The notes beneath the pieces are model-generated. The model was not told the origin of the DNA. It saw nothing but the letters and a program-made list of their open reading frames with translations, and made no database searches. This document shows positions 1-12,315 of a DNA stretch of 41,657 nucleotides, piece by piece (the first letter of the stretch is position 1; the number at the start of each line of letters is the position of its first letter). Position numbers and translations under genes: made by a program. Source of the stretch: Chiloscyllium plagiosum (taxonomy: Eukaryota); contig NC_057718.1 in assembly GCF_004010195.1 (NCBI RefSeq), positions 56,447,214 to 56,488,870 on the forward strand. Direction: 5' to 3'.

Positions 1-165
1 TGGTAGTAGATTCGCCAACTTTAAGTACATTTAAGTCATCATTGGACAAGCATATGGACGTACATGGAATCGTGTAGGTTAGATGGGCTTCAGGTTGGTG
101 TGACAGGTCGGCGCAACATCGAGGGCCGAAGGGCCTGTACTGCACTGTAATGTTCTATGTTCTAT
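1..165 (+). mobile_element. 3' end of a CR1-type LINE (abuts or interrupts the next element)
   Basis: GGGCCGAAGGGCCTGTAC-TGCACTGTAA followed by a (TGTTCTA)2 short tandem tail. Confidence 0.75.
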
Positions 166-2734
166 ACTGGCAGGGAAATTTGCTAGAGCTGCTCGGGAGG
201 ATTTAAACTAGTAAGGTAGGGGGCTGGGACCCAGGGAGATAGTGAGGAAAGAAATGAATCTGAGACTGGTATAGTTGAGAACTGAAGCGAATCAAACAGT
301 CAGGGCAGGTAGGACTAATAAATTAAACTGCATTTATTTCAATGTAAGGGGCCTAACAGGGAAGGCAGATGAACTCAGGGCATGGTTAGGAACATGGGAC
401 TGGGATATCATAGCAATTACGGAAACATGGCTCAGGGATGGGCAGTACTGGCAGCTGAATGTTCCAGGAAGGATAGAAAGGGAGGCAAGAGAAGAGGGGG
501 AGTGGTGTTTTTGATAAGGGATAGCATTATGGCTGTGCTGATGGAGGAGATTCCCGGAAATACATCCAGGGAAGTTATTTGGGTGGAACTGAGAAATAAG
601 AGGAATGATAGTCAGAGGGAAATCGAGAAACAAACTTGTAAGGAGAAATGAGATAACGAGAATCCAGAGAAAGTAGATTCTTGTTAGGGTGAAAGGAAAG
701 GCTGGTAGGTATAGGGAATGCTGGATGACTAAAGAAATTGAGGTTTGGTTTAGAAAAAGAAGGAAGCATATGTCAGTATAGACAGGATAGATAGAGTGAA
801 TCCTTAGAAGAGTATAAAGGAAGTAGGAGTATACTTAAGAGAGAAATCAGGAGGGCAAAAAGGGGACATGAGATAGTTTTGGCAAATAGAATTAAGGAGA
901 ATCCAAAGAGTTTTTACAAATACACTAAGGAAAAAACTAGGGAGAGAAGAGGGCCCCTCAAAGATCAGCAAGGCGGCCTTTGTGTGGAGCCGCAGAAAGT
1001 GGGGGAGATACTAAATGAGTATTTTGCATCAGTATTTATTGTGGAAAAGGATATGGAAGATATAGACTGTAAGGAAATAGATGGTGACATCTTACTAAAG
1101 TCCATATTACAGAGGAGGAAGTGTTGGATATCTTGAAATGGGTAAAAGTGGATAAATCCCCAGGACCTGATCAGGTGTATCCTAGAAATCTGTGGGAAGC
1201 TAGAGAAGTGATTGCTGGGCCTCTTGCTGAGGTATTTGTATCATCAATAGTCACAGGTGAGGTGCCGGAAGACTGGAGGTTGGCTAACGTGGTGCCACTG
1301 TTTAAGAAAGCTGACAAGCCAGGGAACTATAGACCAGTGAGCCTGACGTTGGTGGTGGGCAAGTTGTTGGAGGGAATCCTGAGGGATAGGATGTACATGT
1401 ATTTGGAAAGGCAAGGACTAATTAGGGAGAGTCAACATGGCTTTATGCATGGGAAATCATGTCTCACAAAGTTGATTGAGTTTTTTTAAAGAAGTAACAA
1501 AGAGCATTGATGAGGGCAGAACGGTGGACGTGATCTATATGGACACCAGTAAGGCCTTCAACAAGGTTCCCCATGATTAGTAAGGTTAGATCTCACAGAA
1601 TACAGGGAGAACTAGCCATTTGGATACAGAACTCACTCAAAGGTAGAAGTCAGAGGGTGGTGGTGGAGGGTTGTTTTTCAGACTGGAGGTCTGTGACCAA
1701 TGGAGTGCCACAAGGATCGGTGCTGGGTCCGGTATTTTTCATCATTTATATAAATGATTTGGATGTGAGCATAAGAGGTATATTTAGTAAGTTTGCAGAT
1801 GACACCAAAATTGGAGGTGTAGTGGATAGCGAAGAAGGTTATCTCAGATTATAACGGGATCTTGATCAGATGGGCCAATGGGCTGAGAAGTGGCAGATGG
1901 AGTTTAGTTTACATAAATGTGAGGTGCTGCATTTTGGGAAAGCAAATCTTAGCACTTAATGGTAAGGTCCTAGGGAGTATTGCTGAACAAAGAGACCTTG
2001 GAGTGCAGGTTCATAGCTCCTTGAAAGTGGAGTCACAGGTAAATAGGATAGTGAAGGAGGCATTTGGTATGTTTTCCTTTATTGGTCAGAGTATTGAGTA
2101 NNNNNNNNNNNNNNNNNNNNNNNNNNNNNNNNNNNNNNNNNNNNNNNNNNNNNNNNNNNNNNNNNNNNNNNNNNNNNNNNNNNNNNNNNNNNNNNNNNNN
2201 NNNNNNNNNNNNNNNNNNNNNNNNNNNNNNNNNNNNNNNNNNNNNNNNNNNNNNNNNNNNNNNNNNNNNNNNNNNNNNNNNNNNNNNNNNNNNNNNNNNN
2301 NNNNNNNNNNNNNNNNNNNNNNNNNNNNNNNNNNNNNNNNNNNNNNNNNNNNNNNNNNNNNNNNNNNNNNNNNNNNNNNNNNNNNNNNNNNNNNNNNNNN
2401 NNNNNNNNNNNNNNNNNNNNNNNNNNNNNNNNNNNNNCCTGGGGTCGGGGAGTCCAGAACTAGAGGTCATAGGTTTAGGGTGAGAGGGGAAAGATATAAA
2501 AGAGAACTACGGGGCAACGTTTTCACACAGAGGATGGTACGTGTATGGAATGAGCTGCCAGAGGAAGTGGTGGACGCTGGTACAATTGCAACAGTTAAGA
2601 GGCATTAGGAAGGGTTTGGAGAGATATGGGCCGGTTGCTGGCAAGTGGGACTAGATTGGGTTGGGATATCTGGTCGGCATGGACGGGTTGGACCGAAGGG
2701 TCTGTTTCCGTGCTGTACATCTCTATGACTCTGT
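166..2734 (+). mobile_element. Degraded CR1/HER1-type LINE ORF2 (APE endonuclease + RT) with 3'UTR
   Basis: Fragments LNCIYFNVRGL/IIAITETWL (EN), KSPGPD, NYRPVSLT, QHGF, GVPQGSVLGP, KFADD, TRGH, and a CTCTATGACTCT tail; several frameshifts and stops. Confidence 0.92.
2101..2437. other. Assembly gap (337 N)
   Basis: Run of N inside the LINE. Confidence 1.
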
Positions 2735-3044
2735 AACAATTAGGGAGACAAAGGGATAGATGATGGTATGCCAGGGAGAAAGAAAACTGATAATGAGAAT
2801 CATTAAATAGGTGAAAATATGTTGGTTGTGCTGAAAGCAGCCCCTCTTATGACAGGGCATGGGCGTGGGAAAAGTAAAAGACATGGAAGAAGACATTCAA
2901 GTTCTCAAATGATTGAAATTGATATTGAATCCTGAGGGAAGGAGGGTTCCCAAATGGAAATGAGACGCTGATGCCCTGTCATGATGTGGGCTGCTTTCAT
3001 ATCTACTGAGTTTCACTAGCAATTTCTATTTTTGTTTTATGCTC

Positions 3045-3945
3045 TCAATCTACAAGGCACTGATGAGACCACATCTGTAGTAGTGTGTACAATATTGGTT
3101 GCCTTATTTAGTAAGATGTAAATATTTTGGAAATAGTACAGAGTTGGCTTATCAGATGACTATCTGGAATGGGCAAGTTGCCTTATTAGGAAAAGTTGGA
3201 CAGGCTAGGTTTGATTCTGCTGGAGTTTAAAACAGTAACAGGGAATTTGAAACATGGAAGATCCTAAAGTGTGTTGACAGGGTAGATGTTGAGAAATGTT
3301 TCCTCTCATAGGGCCACTGTTTAATAATAAGGGGTCATTGATTCAAAGCATATGAGATGATTTTGTTCCTCACAAAGATTAGATTAGATTAGATTAGATT
3401 TTTTTTTAGATTAGATTACAGTGTGGAAACAGGCCCTTCGGCCCAACAAGTCCACACCGACCCGCCGAAGCGAAACCCACCCATACCCCTACATTTACCC
3501 CTTACCTAACACTACGGGCAATTTAGTATGGCCAATTCTCCTGACCCTGCACATCTTTGGACTGTGGGAGGAAACCGGAGCACCCGGAGGAAACCCACGC
3601 AGACACGGGGAGAACGTGCAAACTCCACACAGTCAGTCGCCTGAGGCGGGAATTGAACCCGGGTCTCTGGCGCTGTGAGGCAGCAGTGCTAACCACTGTG
3701 CCACCGTGCCGCCCACTTGCCACTGTGCCGCCCACAAGGGTTGTAAGAAATTTGAACTCTTGCTTAAGAGAAGCAGAGTATTTGAATATTTTTAAATCTG
3801 AATTGGATTGATTCTTGGTATGGGGGTTGATGTATTATCAGGGGTAGGCGGGAATGTGGATTTGAGGTTACAATCAGAGCAGCCATGAATTATTAAATCG
3901 CAGAACTGGCTCAAGGGGTTGAATGGTTCCTTGTTCGTCTGTTGT
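3045..3945 (+). mobile_element. Old CR1 3' fragment split by a SINE insertion
   Basis: TACAAGGCACTGATGAGACCACATCTG...TGTGTACAATATTGG-type C-terminal coding remnant, and a 3'UTR GGCTCAAGGGGTTGAATGG...CCT. Confidence 0.6.
3376..3714 (-). mobile_element. HE1-type (V-SINE) tRNA-derived SINE
   Basis: On -: GGGCGGCACGGTGGCACAGTGG (A box), GGTTCAATTCC (B box), a CR1-like 3' end and a (TAATC)n tail. Related copies lie at 31294 and 40705. Confidence 0.9.
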
Positions 3946-4594
3946 ACTTGCCCATCACTTACTGCACCATTAAACAGCTTGCACGTCTAGCAACCTTGCA
4001 AGCAAATATTTTGAGCTTAAGAGTAAAGGGCCAATAAATTAATAGCTGATGCTGTTAGATGCCCTGTTGCACTGAATTCTGTGATTTTTGGGTTCCAATT
4101 TAAGGCAGTTTCTGGGTTACAGGAGTTTTGGGGCAAAATACTAGTTTTAGTATTGGGAAGAAATGGTAATTAGTCATTGGGAGAACATTTTGCATAAAAT
4201 AAATACTTGCCCCAATGATGGTGCTAGCTTGCGTCTGATTTGAAGTAGCTCTAATTACACTTGGCAGCATCTGTGGAAAGACAAAAAGAGAGAAAATGTT
4301 TTCAGTCCTACATGACTCTCTGGTACAGACGATGCTGCCAGACCCGATTTTCTTCAGGTTTTTCTGTTTCTATTTGAGATCTCCAGCATCCACAATATTT
4401 TGCTTTGCTTGAAGAAATAAAACCTACCACACTCGAGGACTGGGTTCAGTCCTGAAATGTTAACTTTTCTGTTCTCCACAGATGTTGATTGGCAACTGTG
4501 TTTCTTTTCTGTCTTATTAATACTAGTCATTGTGATGACCGCATTGAAATGAATTGTGAAACTGTTACATTCAAGGCCTAAGTGATGTTTTCAA

Positions 4595-5602
4595 GTAACG
4601 AAGAGGGCTACTTTTCAGTCTGGAGGCCTGTCACCACTGATGTACAACAGGGATCAATGCTAGGTCCACTTTTGTTTGTCATGTATATTCTCATCTGAAT
4701 CACTTATAGAAACAGCATGGTTAGGAAGTTTGCAGATGACACCAATATTGGTGGTACAGTGGACAGTGAAGGTGGTAATCTAAGATTAAAAAGAAAGTTT
4801 GATCCATTGAGGCAATGGTCTAAAGAGTGGCAGATGAAATTTAATTTGGATCAATGCCAGTTATTGCATTTTGGTAAATTAAACAAGGGCAGGACTTATA
4901 CAGTGAAAAGTAGGGCCTTGGGTGATGTTGTCAAACAGAGAGACCTGGGGATTCAGATAATTCTTTGAAGTTTTCATCACATACAGGGTGGTTGAGAAGA
5001 TGTTTAGCAGGTTTGCCTTCATTGATCAGAGCACTGAGTTGGAGTGTTATATTAAGGTTATACATGACAGAGATCAGGCCTTTTCTGGGGTACTGTGTCC
5101 AGCTCTGGTTGCCCTGTTATAAGAAGGATATTATTAAGGTGAAGAGGGTTCAGAAGAGATTTCCCAGGATGTTACCAGGAGTGAAGGGTTTGAGTCACTG
5201 GGACTTCTTTTACTGGAGCATAGGAGGTTGAGGGGGTGACTTTACAGAGGTTTATACAGTCATGAGGAGCATCGACAATGTGAGTGGCAGTTGTCTTTTC
5301 GCTCAGGTGGGGGATCTCAAGACTTGGAGCCATACTTTTCAGGTGAGAGGAAAAAAGATTTTTTTTAAAAATTGAGGAATTATTTTATACAGACAGTGGT
5401 TTGTATGTGTAATAAACTTCCAGAGGAATGGTGGGTGCGGGTACAGTTATAACGTTTAAGACATTTTGATAAGTTCATGAATGAGAAAAAAATATAGTAG
5501 GGCATGGGACAAGCGAAGGAAGACGGGGCTACTTTAGTTTGGGATTATGGTCGGCATGGACTATTTGGACCGAAGGGTGTGTTTCCGTGCTGTATGACTC
5601 TA
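4595..5602 (+). mobile_element. 5'-truncated CR1 LINE ending ~100 nt upstream of the PRORSD1 ATG
   Basis: QGSMLGP, KFADD and RDLG remnants; 3' end GGACCGAAGGG...CCGTGCTGTATGACTCTA. Confidence 0.88.
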
Positions 5603-5700
5603 GAAGAGCGATCCTGCAGGATGTGATTGAGCAGTACAGCTGAGACGTGGCTCTTGGGTTCACATTCTTTGATTCTACTTGCAGCACTAAGCAGCGGGAA

Positions 5701-5784
5701 ATGGCTGCAGCCGAGTTGCGCAAAGAAGTAGAAGATTATTTGAAAGGGCTGAACATCGAGACTGTGTGTGAGGAACATCCCGAG
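5701..5784 (+). CDS. PRORSD1: PRORSD1 coding exon 1 (MAAAELRKEVEDYLKGLNIETVCEEHPE)
   Basis: ATG in good context (GAAATGG), 28 codons, then the donor GAG|GTAAGT at 5785. It joins exon 2 in phase 0 to give EHPE-VFTVE, matching the recalled vertebrate PRORSD1 N-terminus. Confidence 0.92.
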
Positions 5785-5794
5785 GTAAGTGTTC

Positions 5795-6577
5795 AATTGG
5801 ATGAGTTTCTTTTCATATACTTCCCTAAATGCCTGCAGCCAAAGCATGCATAAGGGCAAACGATGTTTCATGAAAGGCAGATATAATCGATCAGTAAAGT
5901 AAAATTTCCAAATAGGTCATGGTTATATCTTGCACGGGCTGAGCCACCGTCTGGGCGCTGGTGGTGCAGGCTGAGCCCTTCTTCCGGGTCAGCAGCCCAG
6001 GGGACTGCTGAACCGAAACCGAAATTAAAAGGGAAACAGAGTGCACGTTCGGATATATTTTAATGTTTCTCCGCGAATAAATGCCATGACATTTACAAAT
6101 ATGATGCTGGTAACAGAGTGAGTTATTTAATTCAAGTGGAATCTTTTTTGCGTAGAGAACGTGGAGCTTGCTGAGGAGTAGTTAAGCTGAATAGCATAGA
6201 TAACGTTTAAGGAGAAACTGGGGAAAAGAACGTCCTGTTGATGGGGTAAGGTGAAGGAGAATAGCAAGTTTCTGGTGAGCATAAACATGGATGCGGACAT
6301 GTTGAGCGACATGGCCTTTTTCAGTGCTGTTCACGTACTTCAGTGGATTACAAAATGTTATGTTATCCATGGAAGTAAGTTTGTTTGGGCTTAACAGGTT
6401 GTGATTGTACTGTACTCATTAACTTGTTAAATGGTCAATTAGGTGAGTTTCCTTTAATACACTTCCCTGAATGCCTGCAGACCAAGAATGCATAAGGGTA
6501 AGCGATGTTCCCTGAAAAGCATATATAGTCAATCAGCAAAGTAAAATTTCCAAATAGGTCATGGTTGTATCTTACAG
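5795..6577 (+). repeat. Local direct duplication of ~140 bp (5795-5936 and 6436-6577) in PRORSD1 intron 1
   Basis: Shared collinear blocks TCAATT.G.TGAGTTTC, ACTTCCCT.AATGCCTGCAG, ATGCATAAGGG and AAAGTAAAATTTCCAAATAGGTCATGGTT.TATCTT. Confidence 0.9.
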
Positions 6578-7762
6578 GTGAATGATATTACGATCTCTTG
6601 TTGCTTTTTAAGATATGAAAATATGATGTAAAACCACACACAAGACACTTCTTATTAAGAGGCTTTTCCAATGGCTGATGCACAATATAACCGTAGCTAA
6701 GGAAGTCTCCCTTATCCCCCACCTGTTGTATCTGGGATCCATTGATCAAGTTGGAGTTATTCACTGTGAGCAAAAATAAATCTGAACAAAAAATATTTGC
6801 TTCAGAAAGTTAGATGATATCCTGACTGTCTTCAGGTAATATTTTGGATCCAGTGCCCCTTCCTCAGAACAGATCCTGCTATGCTCCTTGATCAATGTCT
6901 GTTTTGATTCTGAATTAAAGCATTCGCTGTTCTTTCAGATTTTATTTAATATATGTAATAATGGGCTTGATGTGTTTTTGCCCTAATTGGGAAAAGTGAA
7001 TGCTGTTCTGATTAATTTCTTCCCAAGTCAGTTGTCACATCTTTCCTTAAGGATTCATGTGAGGAGTAAGTTTGGTTGATAGGAAGCAAAGATTGGAGCA
7101 GTATAGTTGTTGATAAAAGTGATTAAATGAAACTGGTTCACCTCCTGTGCTATTTCACAATTAATCTCCTTACTGTTTCTGTTGCCTTTGTGTTAGTTCT
7201 CCATGTCTCCTTTTTCTATTTCTGTTTTTCTTTTTCAATTTCTCCTTTCTTAAACTCTTATTGCCCTCTTCACCATGTCTCTTGTCTTTATCTTTCTGTT
7301 TGGGTACTTAGTGTGACAGGAGAACTTACCACTGAGGCTGTATTGCAGGCTGTATTAACCTTTCAAAATCCTGAGGGAAACATGGCTTGCATCCCCAAAT
7401 AATTCTTCTCTCCCCATCACTCATACTACTATTTACATGCAGTCTACCCCTTTGCCTTCACATAGTTTTAAGTGCCATTTCCACTGCTGCCTCTACCACT
7501 TCAACTCATATCTTGAATATTCCTTTCCCACTTGCTCTCCAGTCACTTACCTAGACTTCTATCACTCACTCTGCCTGTTGGTCAGTGGCAAAAAAAGGTG
7601 ACCTCTTAACTTCATTGCCATATCTGCTTTTCCGCCCTTAAAATTTCCCTGAAAATAATCTTTGAATTCTTTGAAATTCAAAGATATTGAGTGGAAAAGA
7701 CAAGTCTGAAGCGTGTCTATTGAAATCTCATGGAAAAGCAGGACCACCTTTGAATCTCATTG

Positions 7763-8645
7763 AGTCATAGAATTGTACAATACGGAAATAGACCCTTTGG
7801 TCCAACTTGTCCATGCCGACCAGATATCCTAAATTAATCTAGTCCCATTTAAGAACATTTGGCCCATATCCCTCTAACACTTCATATTCATGTACCCATC
7901 CAGATGCCTTTTAAATGTTGTAATTATACCTGCCACCACCACTTTCTTTGGCAGCTTACTCCAAATGCACATCGACCTCTGCATTAGAAGTTTGTCCCTT
8001 AGGACCTTATATCATTTCCCCTCTCACCTTAAACATACGCCCTCTAGTTTTGGACTCTCCTACCTCGGCTATTCACCTTATCCATGCCCCTCATAAATTT
8101 ATAAACCCTCAGCCTCTGACGGCCCAGGGACAGTACCCCAGCCTATTCAGCCTCTTCCTATTGCTCAAACCCTCCGACCCTGGCAACATCTTTATATCTC
8201 TTTTGAACCCTTTTAAGTTTAACAATATCTTTCCTATAGCAGGGAGACTAGAATTGAACACAATATTCCGAAAGTGGCCTAACCAATGTCCTATACAGCC
8301 GCAACATGACATTCTAACTCCAGTACTCTATGCACTGACCAATAAAGGCAAGCATACCAAATGCCGCCTTCACTACTCTTTCTCTGTCTGTGATTCCACC
8401 ATCAAGGAACTATGAATTTGCACCCCAAGGTCTCTGATTTGCCTTTTCAAAATGCAGAATCTCACATTTTCTAAATGAAACTCCATCTGCCACTCCTCGG
8501 CCTATTGGCCCATCTCATCAAGGTTCTGTGTACTCTGAGATAACCTCCTTTACTGTCAACTGCACCACTAACTTTGGTGTCATCTGCAAACTTAGTAACC
8601 ATTCCTCCTATATTCACATCCAAATCATTTGTATAAATGACAAAA
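7763..8645 (-). mobile_element. 5'-truncated CR1/HER1-type LINE, antisense in the PRORSD1 intron
   Basis: Reverse complement of the same 3' end as 2600-2734; extends to the KFADD region (CATCTGCAAACTT, ~8581-8593). Confidence 0.88.
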
Positions 8646-9419
8646 ACTAATTAGGATGACTTGTTGCTGTTTCATTGAACTATGTAATCAATAACCTGCT
8701 GTGTAATCTTCCTGCAGTGGTCACAGACCAGTTGCACATTGAGTGAAAACCTGTCCAATTAGGACACTTGACTGGACTGATGGCACCTTTCCTTTGCTAA
8801 TGTGTGCAACTTATGACCCCTGGACCTGCAAGGAAATCCTGTGAAGGAAACAAAGTCAACACCCTCCAGATTTAACTGGCCCTATCTGTATCAAAGTGAA
8901 TAAAGATGGAAGTCTTAGCAAACAAGGTTTTGTGGAACTGGCTGTTGTAGTATGTTAGATCTTAAAGATGTCACAAGACCTGAACCTGAAATTGGGTGTG
9001 ATAGTTACCATACAACCACAGATGTAGATGAATGCATTCAAAGAGATTGCAGAAGTATCAGCAACCACATGCATGAGCCTTGAAGGTATTGCTTTCAGTA
9101 ATACTGTGGAAGATGACCCTTAGCCAACAGAACATGCACTGAGGATATTGCCTTCTCTAACATACAACCTTGTGTCCAATCTGTTGCATGTGATTGTCAC
9201 AATTTCTACACTGCTGAAAGTGCTTTGTTGAAGCATGGTGTACCTCCTCTGAGCTCCAAATAATGTGTAATATGCGGCTCCTATGTTACAGGAAAGCCTT
9301 TTGGCACTTGAATGAAATTATTCTCCTTAGAACCCTAGACACATTAGAACTTACACAAAGTTGCTGCTCTCAGGGAGAAACAACTACTTATCTGTGGATG
9401 AGTGCCATACCTCTAGAAT

Positions 9420-9670
9420 TCTATCAACAAACACATCGACCTTGACCCAATATACCAGCCACTGCAGCGGACAGCTGGAACTGACAACCGGAAGCGGCAA
9501 AGACAAACCACTATAAATACCGGAGGAAACATCGCAGAAGCGCTTCACAGGAGGCTCCCAAGCACTGAGGATGTCACCTAGACAGGGGATGAAACGTCTG
9601 CAACACAAATTACCAGCTAGGCGAACAGAACCACAACAACGAGCACCTGAGCTACAAATCTTCTCACAAA
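9420..9670 (+). mobile_element. Penelope-like terminal repeat (pLTR) with a TATA-like box and hammerhead motif
   Basis: TATAAATA at 9512-9519 and a hammerhead core at 9565-9598; its last ~48 nt recur at 10514-10561. Confidence 0.65.
9562..9601 (+). ncRNA. Minimal type-I hammerhead ribozyme motif
   Basis: GCA-CTGAGGA-T-GTCACCT(AGAC)AGGGGAT-GAAA-CG-TC-TGC: stem I GCA/TGC, stem II with one mismatch, GUC triplet. Confidence 0.7.
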
Positions 9671-10335
9671 GATAGAACTCCCCGGTCCTCACCTTCCACC
9701 CAATTAATCTCTGGATACAGCGCATTATCCTCTGCCATATCTGCCATCCACAATCAGACCACATCACCAAAGATATATTTCCCTCCCCACCCCTTATCTG
9801 CTTTCTACAGAGACCGTTCTGTGACGCCCTTGTTAGGTCCACAACCCACCCTCCATACCCAGCACCTTCACACCTTGCTGCAGAAGGTATAAAACCCATA
9901 CTCGCACCTCCACCCTCCCCTCCATCCAATGCCCCGAAGGATCTTTTCACATCATGCAGAGATTTTCCTGCACATCCACCCACCTCATCTGCTGTGTCCG
10001 TTGCTCTCGATGTGATGACCTCTACATTGGGGAGACAGGATGCCAACTCATGGAATGTTTCAGAGAACATCTCTGGGACACATACACCAAACAATCCCAT
10101 CACCCTGTGGCTGACCATTCAACTCTCCCTCCCACACCCCCAAGGACATGCAAGTCCTGGGCCGCCTCCACCACCGAAACAAAGTCACCAGACAACTGGA
10201 GGAAGAAAACCTCACCTTCCACCTTAGGACCCTTCAACCACACAGCATCAACATCAACTTCACTGGTTTCCAAATCTGTTCCCCCTCCCAACTCATGCCA
10301 GATTCAGCCCTCTAACCTGGCACCGCCCTGTTCCT
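9671..10335 (+). mobile_element. Penelope-like element fragment including the GIY-YIG endonuclease
   Basis: FSCTSTHLICCVRCSRCDDLYIGETG...FREH...VADH; the upstream part is homologous to 28255-28540. Confidence 0.85.
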
Positions 10336-10944
10336 CTTTCCTACCTGTCCATGTTCCGTGGTCTTTCTCTTAGGCATCTGTTGATGAATTTGCGCGGGTA
10401 TCCGTTTTTGGCGAATACCTTGTATAGGTGTTCCTATACCTTGTATAGGTGACCAGCTATCCTTAGTAGCCACACACGCAGACAACAAGCAACATGAATT
10501 CAACTGGGACAACGAACAGAACCACAGCAACGAGCACCCGAGCTACAAATCTTCGCACAAACTTTGATTCACTTCCCTGCTCGTCGGATGCTGCCTGATG
10601 TGCTGTGCTTTTCCAGTGCCACACTACTATTTTGCTGCCAAAGTGGTAAGCCAAGCGGGGACTGGATGATGTCAGAATCTCTATTTGATGTCAGTGTCCA
10701 AGGGTTTAATTTCCTGCATGCACTGTAACCTGCCTACACTTGGCTTTTAAAAACATTTCTCCTGTATGAATCCTCTATCTAGAAATGTTTGTTTGTGTCT
10801 TTCAAACACGTCATTCAATGGAAAGTTGACATTTTATTTCAGTATCACAGGGATTCGGGACTTTCTGCCTCTTCAAAGTTCAGCCCTTTTTGAAAATGTA
10901 TGGAACATTTTTGTAAATTTAATGTTTTCTGAAGCATAAAGTCA

Positions 10945-11130
10945 TCATTGCCCCTAGAGACAATAGGGCTGCTCTCTCAGAGACATCTGGTTTAACTATA
11001 CCTCAGCTGAATGATAGGTCAAGAAGGCAGGAGCTTCACGGTGACCTCAGCCAGTGTTGGAATTGAAACCTCACTGTTGGTGTCGCTCTGCATTGTAAAC
11101 CAGTCAACCAGCCAATTGAGCTGACCAACC
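10945..11130 (-). mobile_element. Degenerate tRNA-derived SINE
   Basis: On -: GGTCAGCTCAATTGGCTGG (A-box-like) and GGTTTCAATTCC (B-box-like), followed by a short body. Confidence 0.55.
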
Positions 11131-11405
11131 CCCATTTTGTTAAGCATTGAAAATGCAGAAAAACTAGCATGGGTGTGCAATCAGCCTGCCATTTTTCTCT
11201 CATAGCTTCTTTGTATTTAAAAAAGCAAGACTAACTATAAATTTCATCTAAGGTTTTTGAAATTTGGCACTGGAATTTCTTTAATTTTAAGAAACATTGG
11301 ACGAGAAAGTGCTAAATTCTAACGAAATTATTGCTCATTTAACTTGTTATTTTGCACTGAAGCATCTTTGCAAATTGGTTAAATACTATATGCTCAGATT
11401 GCATT

Positions 11406-11754
11406 TAGGGTTGCCAACAGATTAAATGTATTCCTCGAGGTTCCATCATATGCTCTGCCCCACATTCCAGCCATTAGTTGTTAAAAACATTAATCCTTAC
11501 ATCATGCTGCTTTCTTCCATCAATTCAAAAGCAAAAGACTCACTACTGACTGTTAGCCAAGCTGAATTTTATTCCTTTTTCAATATTTTTATATCTGGTA
11601 AAGAAAAAATATGGATAGAACATGATGAATTGTAGGAAACATCAATAACAAAATAATTAATGCCCATGTGACTTTTATGCCTATGATTGCAAACAGCTAT
11701 GTCCTGGAGATTGACCTTCAATTTATGGCCAAAACTGGAGGTTTGGCAATCCTA
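11406..11754. mobile_element. Probable non-autonomous hAT-type DNA transposon (MITE)
   Basis: Terminal inverted repeats TAGGGTTGCCAA / TTGGCAATCCTA (11/12 match); 8-nt flanks ATTGCATT and TCTGCACT match at 5/8, a possible decayed TSD. Confidence 0.55.
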
Positions 11755-11864
11755 TCTGCACTATCAGCATTCAAATCTAGGTTGAGGCTCTCAGAAGGTT
11801 GAAACCTTCTGTAAAATAATGAATGATGGCAATAAAATGAAGAAAATAATGGCATTAAAAAATG

Positions 11865-12315
11865 CATTCTCAGGATGTGGATGTGAGTGGCATTTATTGC
11901 CCTGCCCTAGCTGTCCTGAGACGGGGATAGTAGACCATTTTGAACCACAGACACACAGAATATATATCACCTAAAAACACAAAAACAGACTCTTGAGTGT
12001 CTAACTGAATCATGATAAGTGATAATGTATATCTTTGTCATGATTTGATACAACTACTTGTCTTTCCAGGCTACTTCAGAAGGCTGTTAACAATCAACCA
12101 TGTTGATATGTGTGATAGGAGTCGGTCATTCAGAGTATGGACAGATTAACTGAACCAGTGGGTTTCTACATAAATTTGAGAGTATTGTAGTCGTTTAATT
12201 GATAGTAACTTCTTGTTTATGGTTGGTTTCAAACTGAATTCAAATTCTTAAACTGTCATGGTGGGACTTGATTTCACATTTCTACAGTTATTAGTCCAGC
12301 AACATAATTACTACA
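11865..12315 (-). mobile_element. Old tRNA-headed SINE-like element related to 22360-22681
   Basis: Same collinear motifs: GGCATTTATTGCCC, TCAACCA, TGAATTCAAATTC, TTAGTCCAG. Confidence 0.55.

Noticed and set aside
1862..2608. Long ORFs of 139-248 aa
   Set aside because: Artefacts of translating through the N gap inside a LINE.
3421..3811. ORFs and a tRNA-like sequence (also at 31438 and 40651)
   Set aside because: They lie inside SINE copies; the tRNA similarity is the SINE head, not a tRNA gene.
5647..5853. 68-aa single-exon ORF
   Set aside because: It starts at a GTG and reads through the donor; only 5701-5784 matches PRORSD1.
8650..9420. Possible additional repeat or exon
   Set aside because: No motif, splice-supported frame or second copy that I could support.
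9384..10118. 244-aa minus-strand ORF
   Set aside because: Antisense shadow of C-rich Penelope sequence with no recognisable domain.
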